In this document: positions 57,382-64,000 of the stretch, in pieces
Position numbering within the stretch: the stretch's first letter is position 1
Layout: each line of letters begins with the position of its first letter
DNA from: Candidatus Dechloromonas phosphorivorans
GTDB lineage: Bacteria > Pseudomonadota > Gammaproteobacteria > Burkholderiales > Rhodocyclaceae
NCBI GenBank assembly: GCA_016714975.1
Contig: JADKBR010000001.1
Location: 635,074-699,073 of the forward strand
Reading direction: 5' to 3'
DNA: 64,000 nt
Notes under the pieces: model-generated
What the model was told of the DNA's origin: nothing
What the model saw: only the letters and a program-made list of their open reading frames with translations
Databases searched by the model: none
Made by a program: the position numbers and the translations under genes

Positions 57382-58659
57382 ATGAAACTCCTAGTCATCG
57401 GTTCCGGCGGCCGTGAACACGCCATGGCCTGGCACCTGGCACAGAGCCCTGGCGTCCAGAAGGTTTACGTTGCTCCCGGCAATGCCGGTACGGTGCGAGA
57501 GCGGCGGCTGACGAACGTCAATCTTACCGACCCCGTCGTGCTTGCCTGCTTCGCCAAAAGAGAGGGGGTGCGCCTTACCGTCGTCGGCCCCGAGGCGCCA
57601 CTCGCCGCCGGGGTGGTCGATGTCTTCCGCGCCCGCGGCCTGAAGATCTTCGGACCGACCAGGGAAGCCGCCCAACTTGAATCCTCCAAGGATTTCGCCA
57701 AGCGCTTCATGGCTCGCCACAACATCCCGACCGCCGGATTCGGGACTTTTTCGGAGTCGACCGCAGCGCATGCCTACATCGACCGGCAGGGAGCGCCGAT
57801 CGTCATCAAGGCCGACGGCCTGGCCGCCGGCAAGGGCGTCGTCGTCGCCATGTCGCTTGCAGAAGCGCACGCCGCGGTCGACGACATGCTGTCGGGCAAC
57901 AAGCTGGGCGACGCCGGCGCCCGAGTGGTTATCGAAGAATTTCTCGACGGCGAGGAAGCCAGCTTCATCGTCATGGTCGACGGCAGGAACGTCCTCGCCC
58001 TGGCCGCCAGCCAGGACCACAAGCGAATCGGCGACGGCGACACCGGCCCGAACACCGGCGGCATGGGCGCCTACTCGCCGGCACCGTGCGTCACGCCAGA
58101 AGTGCACGCGAAGGCGATGCGCGAGATTATCCAGCCCACCGTGCGCGGCATGGCCGCCGACGGCATTCCCTTCACTGGCTTCCTCTACGCCGGCCTGATG
58201 ATCGGCAAGGATGGATCGGTCAAGACCCTGGAATTCAATTGCCGGATGGGCGACCCGGAGACGCAGCCGATCCTGATGCGTTTGAAGTCCAATTTCGTCG
58301 AACTGCTTGAACACGGCATCGCCGGCACGCTCGACCGGGTCGAAGCCGAATGGGACCGGCGCGTGGCGCTCGGCGTCGTGCTGGCGGCCGCCAACTACCC
58401 GGACACTCCGCGCAAGGGTGACGTCATCTCCGGACTGCCCAAGGGCAACAGTTTCGGCGAGGATGTGCACGTCTTTCATGCCGGCACGGCAGAAAGAGAT
58501 GGTCAGGTCGTCACCGCCGGCGGTCGTGTGCTCTGCGTGACCGCCCTCGGCGAGAACACCAGACTGGCCCAGAAGCGCGCCTACGAGGCCGCCTCCGAGA
58601 TCAGCTGGGACGGCATGCAATTCCGCACGGACATCGGCCACCGCGCCGTCGGTCGCTGA
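57382..58659 (+). CDS. purD: Phosphoribosylamine-glycine ligase
   Basis: GSGGREHA, KADGLAAGKGV, QDHKR, NTGGMGAY, EFNCRMGDPE; start could also be 57361. Confidence 0.97.
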   Translation: MKLLVIGSGGREHAMAWHLAQSPGVQKVYVAPGNAGTVRERRLTNVNLTDPVVLACFAKREGVRLTVVGPEAPLAAGVVDVFRARGLKIFGPTREAAQLESSKDFAKRFMARHNIPTAGFGTFSESTAAHAYIDRQGAPIVIKADGLAAGKGVVVAMSLAEAHAAVDDMLSGNKLGDAGARVVIEEFLDGEEASFIVMVDGRNVLALAASQDHKRIGDGDTGPNTGGMGAYSPAPCVTPEVHAKAMREIIQPTVRGMAADGIPFTGFLYAGLMIGKDGSVKTLEFNCRMGDPETQPILMRLKSNFVELLEHGIAGTLDRVEAEWDRRVALGVVLAAANYPDTPRKGDVISGLPKGNSFGEDVHVFHAGTAERDGQVVTAGGRVLCVTALGENTRLAQKRAYEAASEISWDGMQFRTDIGHRAVGR

Positions 58660-58681
58660 TCAGGCGCCGGCAACAACATGC

Positions 58682-58707
58682 GGGCGGCATTGACCGCCCC
58701 TTTTTTT
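58682..58707 (+). terminator. Intrinsic terminator after purD
   Basis: GGGCGG-CATTGA-CCGCCC followed by C and T7. Confidence 0.7.
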
Positions 58708-58720
58708 GCTCTATGGAGAA

Positions 58721-59620
58721 ATGATGGACACTGCCTGTCTCAAGGATTTCTTCACCGGCCTGCAGAGGCGCATCGTCGGCGAACTGGAAGCCTTCGACGG
58801 ACAGGCATTCCGCACCGATTCGTGGCTGCGCCCGGAAGGCGGCGGCGGGATCTCGCGGCTTATCGAGGAAGGCGATTTCTTCGAGCGCGGCGGCGTCAAT
58901 TTCTCGCACGTCACCGGCAAGTCGCTGCCCGCCTCGGCCACCGCCGTCCGCCCGCAGCTGGCTGGCCGCGCCTGGGAGGCGATGGGCGTGTCGCTGGTCC
59001 TGCATCCGCGCAACCCTTACTGCCCGACGGCGCACATGAACGTGCGCTGCTTCGTCGCCAGCAAAGACGGGGAGGACGACGTCTGGTGGTTCGGCGGCGG
59101 CATGGACATGACGCCCTACTACGGTCAACGCGAAGATGTCGCGCATTTTCACCGTACCTGCAGGGACGCGCTGGCGCCGTTCGGCGACGACGTCTATGCG
59201 AGATACAAGAATTGGTGCGACGAGTATTTCTTCCTGAAGCACCGCAACGAGCCGCGCGGCGTCGGCGGCATCTTTTTCGATGATCTCAACGAAGGCGGAT
59301 TCGCGCGCTGCTTCGCGCTGACCCAGGCCGTCGGCAATGCCTTCACCAAGGCTTACCTGCCGGTCCTGACGAGGCGCCGCGACACGCCCTACGGCGAGCG
59401 CGAACGCGACTTCCAAGCCTACCGTCGTGGACGCTACGTCGAATTCAATCTGGTCTGGGACCGCGGCACGCTGTTCGGCCTGCAATCGGGCGGGCGTACC
59501 GAGTCGATCCTGATGTCGCTGCCGCCGATCGTCAAATGGCGCTACGACTGGAAGCCCGAAGTTGGCACGCCGGAAGCCGAACTCTACGAGGTATTCCTGC
59601 AACCCGCCGACTGGGCCTGA
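58721..59620 (+). CDS. hemF: Oxygen-dependent coproporphyrinogen III oxidase
   Basis: [52 protein letters not shown]. Confidence 0.96.
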   Translation: MMDTACLKDFFTGLQRRIVGELEAFDGQAFRTDSWLRPEGGGGISRLIEEGDFFERGGVNFSHVTGKSLPASATAVRPQLAGRAWEAMGVSLVLHPRNPYCPTAHMNVRCFVASKDGEDDVWWFGGGMDMTPYYGQREDVAHFHRTCRDALAPFGDDVYARYKNWCDEYFFLKHRNEPRGVGGIFFDDLNEGGFARCFALTQAVGNAFTKAYLPVLTRRRDTPYGERERDFQAYRRGRYVEFNLVWDRGTLFGLQSGGRTESILMSLPPIVKWRYDWKPEVGTPEAELYEVFLQPADWA

Positions 59621-59643
59621 GCTTCAAGGCAGGCGGAAATTGT

Positions 59644-60828
59644 TCAGCACGCTTCGAGCCCTACCGCCGCCCGGAAATGGCGGTTGGCTTCGTCGTCGCG
59701 CTCAAGCTTGTCGCATAATTCGGCGAGCGCCAGATGCGCGTCACGGGTCTCCTCGGTAGCCAGCGATGCCTCGATATAGCTCTGCGCCTTACCCCACAGA
59801 CGCTGATTCATGCACATGCGTCCGAGCGCCAGCAGCAGCGCCGCTTCGCCGGGATACTGGCGCAGCCAGTCCTCGGCCCTGGCAATTCTCGCGGTCAATC
59901 CCGGCCCCGCCAGTCCGCCATACAAGGCCACCAGTTCGGGTTGCCAGCCCGCCTCTGAATAACCGTCAAGAGCGCTTTCGATGAGATTCTGCGCTACCGG
60001 CACCGCGCCCTGTTCGACCAGCGCCCTGGCGCCGGCCAGCACCACGCGACGGCCGAACTCGGCAGCCGGCACGGCCCGCAGATAATCCTGGAGCTGACCG
60101 GCATCGTTACGGCGGCGGCGGATGTTCTCGAGATGGGCGAGCATCTTGACCTCGCGCGCCACTTCGAGTGGCAAGGCATCGCGCTTTTCAAGCTGGCGGG
60201 CAAGTTTCAGGACACCATCCCAGTCGCCAGCGCCCTGACGGGCCCGCAACTCAAGGCGAAGTGCTGCGAGGTGGCGCCCCTGCTTGCCCTGAAACCGGCC
60301 AAGCACGCCCAGCGCCTCATCGAAGCGGCGCAACTCGTTCATCATCTCGGCCTCGAGCATCAGCGCCGCCGCTTCGTTGTGCGGATCGTCGGCCAGCGCC
60401 CGCCGCATCCACTCCTGCTGTTTTTCCGGCTCGCGCATGCGTTGCGCGGCACGCGCAGCAACCAGAGCCGCAACACCGCGGGCGGTGCCAGCCGCGTAGG
60501 CTTCGCCGGCCCTCTTCATCGCCTGCCCGAAGCGTCCCTCAAAAAGCAGCCGCACAGCATCCTGGAATACCTGGCCGGCGCGCTCGCGCCGGCGCCGCTC
60601 ACGATATTCCTTGACCCGCTGCGGCAGGCCAAAGGTCAGCGCCAATGTGCGCAGCGTCGTGTAAAGGACAAGAATGAGACCAACCAGCACCAGAATGAAC
60701 AGGTTCAGGCTGACTTCAGCGCGATACGGAGGAAGGACGAGCAAGACATAGCCGTCGTTGACCCGCGCGCCGAGGGCGACGGCAACCGCCAGCCCGAACA
60801 GGGCGAGAATCCAGAACAGGCCCTTCAC
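59644..60828 (-). CDS. hemY: HemY family TPR membrane protein
   Basis: Two N-terminal TMs (NDGYVLL), TPR-like helices, LWGKAQSY; follows hemX. Confidence 0.88.
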   Translation of the reverse strand: MKGLFWILALFGLAVAVALGARVNDGYVLLVLPPYRAEVSLNLFILVLVGLILVLYTTLRTLALTFGLPQRVKEYRERRRRERAGQVFQDAVRLLFEGRFGQAMKRAGEAYAAGTARGVAALVAARAAQRMREPEKQQEWMRRALADDPHNEAAALMLEAEMMNELRRFDEALGVLGRFQGKQGRHLAALRLELRARQGAGDWDGVLKLARQLEKRDALPLEVAREVKMLAHLENIRRRRNDAGQLQDYLRAVPAAEFGRRVVLAGARALVEQGAVPVAQNLIESALDGYSEAGWQPELVALYGGLAGPGLTARIARAEDWLRQYPGEAALLLALGRMCMNQRLWGKAQSYIEASLATEETRDAHLALAELCDKLERDDEANRHFRAAVGLEAC

Positions 60829-61865
60829 TTCTTCTCCTTGCCGTTCCGCAGGAGGCGCACGGCAGCCTGGGTTTCATTCAGCGTCGGCAAGGCGATGACG
60901 AGCTCGGTCCCCAGCAGTTGGCGCAGCGTCGCCTGCGCCGCCTGTACCCCATTGTCGCGACCATCGAAGAGACGGCCGAGCATTTCGAGGGCTGCCTTCA
61001 GTTCTCCGCGGAAAGCCACCTGATCGCGCGAGAGCAAGGCCAGGCGGGCATTCAGCAGCCGCAGCTTGAGATTCTCGCGCAGGAAAAAACTCTGCCCCGG
61101 CGCCAGCAGCACCGCCTCCTCGCGGTCAAAGCGCTGGATGCGGATGAGACCCTTCAACTCCTGCCAGATGTCGCCCCCGGTGCGCTTCCACCAGGGCACC
61201 TGCGCGGCCTCGGCCGGCTTTTCGCTGGATTCCTGCGGCCGGATGTCCATTGCCAGCGGCAACTTGTCGATGGTCAGCAAAACCTGCTCCAAGCGCGCAT
61301 TGGTCGCCGCCAGGTCGACCACCGGCAACGCCGACAGGCGCTCCAGATCGGCAGCCAGCGCCTTGCGCAATGGCAGCAACTGCGAGCGATCGACGCGGGC
61401 GAGGCGGGCCTCCGCCGAGCGCAGGGCGACAATCGCCGCCGGAACATTGCCGGCCAGCTGCAACTGCTGTCCGGCCAGCGCGATCGCTTGTTCGGCTTCG
61501 AGCACGCCGGATTCGTCACGGCTGCGCGCGAGGTCCTGGTAGAGCGCCTGCATCGAATCCGACTGCGCCTGGAATTGAGCCAGCCGGGCATCGGCCGCAC
61601 CCAGCTTGCCCTGCAACCCGTCGATCTGCTCGCGCATCTGTTTCAAGGCCCCGCGATCCTCCTTGCTGCCGGCATCCGCCTCGGCCAGGCGGCGGCTGGT
61701 TTCCTGTTCGATTTCGGCAAGCCGGTGGCGGGTTTCGAACCATTGCCAGCCAGCCAGCGCAAGTGCCGCCAGCGCCACGAAAAACCAGGGGCCGAAGCGC
61801 GACGCGGGCGGCGACGGCTTGTGCGCTGCTGGAGGAGGAAGGGGAGTCGTGTTGTCAGGTGTCAT
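60825..61865 (-). CDS. hemX: HemX family protein
   Basis: TM followed by coiled coil, LLAPGQSFFLRENLKLRLLNARLALL; in hemC-D-X-Y operon. Confidence 0.88.
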   Translation of the reverse strand: MTPDNTTPLPPPAAHKPSPPASRFGPWFFVALAALALAGWQWFETRHRLAEIEQETSRRLAEADAGSKEDRGALKQMREQIDGLQGKLGAADARLAQFQAQSDSMQALYQDLARSRDESGVLEAEQAIALAGQQLQLAGNVPAAIVALRSAEARLARVDRSQLLPLRKALAADLERLSALPVVDLAATNARLEQVLLTIDKLPLAMDIRPQESSEKPAEAAQVPWWKRTGGDIWQELKGLIRIQRFDREEAVLLAPGQSFFLRENLKLRLLNARLALLSRDQVAFRGELKAALEMLGRLFDGRDNGVQAAQATLRQLLGTELVIALPTLNETQAAVRLLRNGKEKK

Positions 61866-62644
61866 GCCGGCCAATTATAAGCAAGCAAGCCGGCAAGGAT
61901 GCCGGCATCCGCCGCATCGGTAAGGATAATTTTGTGCAATCCCGAGATCCGCGCGTTTTCTGCAATGCGGGCATGCGGCACGAAAACCGGGGTCCGGGCG
62001 AGAAAGGAGCGGCCCTCGTCGTCGAGCAGTTCGACCAGGTAGCGCAGCCCCTCGCTGCTCGACACCGTCAGCGCATCGAGGTGCCCGGCACGCCATCTTT
62101 CCAGCAGGATATCAACACCGCCGGCAGGACCGGCGCGGCGATAGCAGGTGATGTATTCGACCACGGCGCCCCGCGCGCGCAGCGTGTCGGCCAGCAGTTC
62201 GCGGCCGCCGTCGCCACGAACGATGACGATGCGCTTGCCGCTGACCCGTTCTCCCGACAACTCGGGCAGCACCAGCAGCGCCTCCGATTCAAAGCGCTCC
62301 TGCGGCGCGATGCAACCGGTCACGCCACGCGCCGCCAGCGCCTTCACCGTGCCCTGCCCGACCGCCGCCGGAACCAGCCCGGCCGGCCAGGGGCCACGCG
62401 CCAGAATGACCGGCAGCGCGTGGTCGACCGCATTGGGACTGATGAAGATGGCCAGCGCCGCGCCAGGCAGGCGGGCCACGCCGGCTTCCAGCGCCTGCGG
62501 ATCGGCGACCGGCAGGATCTCCAGCAAGGGGAAGATCAGCGGGGTGCCGCCCTCGGCGGCAATGGCGCCGGCCAGCGGCGTGGCCTGCTCCCGTGGCCGG
62601 GTGACGACGATAGTCCTGCCGGCAAGCGGGCCGGTCGCGTTCAT
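61862..62644 (-). CDS. hemD: Uroporphyrinogen-III synthase
   Basis: [39 protein letters not shown]. Confidence 0.93.
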   Translation of the reverse strand: MNATGPLAGRTIVVTRPREQATPLAGAIAAEGGTPLIFPLLEILPVADPQALEAGVARLPGAALAIFISPNAVDHALPVILARGPWPAGLVPAAVGQGTVKALAARGVTGCIAPQERFESEALLVLPELSGERVSGKRIVIVRGDGGRELLADTLRARGAVVEYITCYRRAGPAGGVDILLERWRAGHLDALTVSSSEGLRYLVELLDDEGRSFLARTPVFVPHARIAENARISGLHKIILTDAADAGILAGLLAYNWPA

Positions 62645-63588
62645 TGGCAGTGGGCGAGCTTTTCCAGGATGGCGCCGGCCCCCTGCGCGCGCAACCGGTC
62701 TGCGAGCTGGCGGCCGAGCGCCTCGTCATCGCCGGCCACCTTGCCGACGGCGCCGCGCAATTCGCCGCTGACCATCTCCTGGCCGTCCGGTGTCGCGACG
62801 AAACCGCGCAGCCACAGACTGCCCTCTTCCATGACCGCGTAGCCCCCGAGCGGCACCTGGCAACTGCCGCCCAGCGCCCGCGAAAAGGCGCGTTCAGCCT
62901 TGACGCAGTGGGCGGTTTCGGAATCGTTGAGCGGTGCGACGACGGCGGCCATCGTCGCATCGCCGTCGACCAGTTCGATGCCGAGCGCGCCCTGGCCGGG
63001 CGCCGGCAGCGACTGCTCCGCGGTCAACATCGATTTGATGCGGTTTTCCAGTCCGAGGCGGATCAGGCCGGCGGCGGCGAGAATGATCGCGTCGTATTCG
63101 CCGGCATCGAGCTTGCGCAAGCGCGTGTCGAGGTTGCCACGCAGGCTCTTGATGACCAAATGCGGGTATTTGGCGCGCAGGATGGCTTCGCGGCGCAGGC
63201 TGGAGGTCCCGACGACGGCGCCCGCCGGCAGCTCGTCGAGGCCGGCGTACTTGTTCGAGACGAAGGCGTCGCGCGGGTTTTCGCGGGCCGAAATGGCGGC
63301 CAGCACGAAGCCTTCCGGCATCACCATCGGCACGTCCTTCATCGAATGGACGGCGAGGTGGGCCTTGCCCTGCTCCATAGCCACTTCGAGTTCCTTGATG
63401 AACAGGCCCTTGCCGCCGATTTCGGAAAGCGGGCGGTCGAGAATCTGGTCGCCCTTCGTCGTCATGCCGAGAATGACAACTTCCGCCCCCGGATTTAGAC
63501 TGCTCAGACGGCCCTGAACATGCACGGCCTGCCACATGGCAAGGCGGGATTCGCGGGAGGCGATGATTATCTTGGAAGGAGCGGACAT
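62641..63588 (-). CDS. hemC: Hydroxymethylbilane synthase (porphobilinogen deaminase)
   Basis: [46 protein letters not shown]; start reassigned to 63588 (MSAPSK). Confidence 0.96.
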   Translation of the reverse strand: MSAPSKIIIASRESRLAMWQAVHVQGRLSSLNPGAEVVILGMTTKGDQILDRPLSEIGGKGLFIKELEVAMEQGKAHLAVHSMKDVPMVMPEGFVLAAISARENPRDAFVSNKYAGLDELPAGAVVGTSSLRREAILRAKYPHLVIKSLRGNLDTRLRKLDAGEYDAIILAAAGLIRLGLENRIKSMLTAEQSLPAPGQGALGIELVDGDATMAAVVAPLNDSETAHCVKAERAFSRALGGSCQVPLGGYAVMEEGSLWLRGFVATPDGQEMVSGELRGAVGKVAGDDEALGRQLADRLRAQGAGAILEKLAHCQ

Positions 63589-63630
63589 GAAGCGGCACGC
63601 GGCAGGGGTTTTGAAGGCGACAATCTTAGC

Positions 63631-64000
63631 ATGAGCGATTCCCCGCCCTCTTCCACCCCGATCAAACCCGACGACCAGCGCCCGGAGCATCCCGATTTCT
63701 GGTGCAAGCGCTTCGGCGAGGGCGTCACGCCGTGGGATGCCGGCAAGGTGCCCGCCGCCTTCGCCGATTTCGTCGCCCGCCAGCCGGCGCCGCGTAACAC
63801 GCTGATTCCCGGTTGCGGCAGCGCCTGGGAAGCGCGCCACCTGGCCGAATGTGGCTGGCCGGTCACGGCGCTCGATTTCTCGCCCGCCGCCGTGGGCACC
63901 GCCCGCAGGGTATTGGGCAATGCCCGCGTCGACCTCCGCTGCGCCGACTTTTTCACCTTTTCGCCGGCCGCAGCCTACCCGCTGATTTACGAGCGCGCCT
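63631..64000 (+). CDS. Thiopurine S-methyltransferase-family SAM methyltransferase (partial, runs off window; absent from the ORF track)
   Basis: Manual translation MSDSPP...[16 protein letters not shown]...[10 protein letters not shown]...ALDFS...ADFF...IYERA. Confidence 0.85.
   Translation, partial: MSDSPPSSTPIKPDDQRPEHPDFWCKRFGEGVTPWDAGKVPAAFADFVARQPAPRNTLIPGCGSAWEARHLAECGWPVTALDFSPAAVGTARRVLGNARVDLRCADFFTFSPAAAYPLIYERA

Noticed and set aside
55493-58641. Long minus-strand ORFs opposite purH and purD (622 aa, 416 aa)
   Set aside because: Antisense shadows of conserved housekeeping genes

Overview
GC-rich betaproteobacterial chromosome window. Gene order and protein sequences resemble Rhodocyclales such as Dechloromonas/Azonexus; this is an inference. 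The left part holds a MacAB-like ABC exporter operon, a large membrane-embedded patatin/cPLA2-like phospholipase, a CNNM/CBS protein and a soluble chemoreceptor. From 12.5 to 34.7 kb lies an apparently complete 16-gene extracellular contractile injection system (eCIS, Afp/PVC/AlgoCIS-like) on the minus strand. It ends in a DUF4157 polymorphic-toxin protein whose C-terminal tip looks like a zinc-dependent nucleic-acid deaminase (HAERQFIEWF...PICDLC), with no visible immunity or lysis gene. From 34.9 to 64 kb the genes are housekeeping: gap, purC, prlC, xth, rsmA, pdxA (frameshifted), surA, lptD, amgK, murU, pepP, ubiH-like, menA, dusB, fis, purH, purD, hemF, hemYXDC. Independently, a dispersed ~30-bp motif (CGGTCRACCGG core plus two phased A/T tracts) recurs on both strands, in intergenic DNA and inside unrelated genes in different frames, an architecture reminiscent of a DNA uptake sequence. 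No rRNA, tRNA, CRISPR array or transposase was seen. All family assignments come from motif recognition, not database searches.
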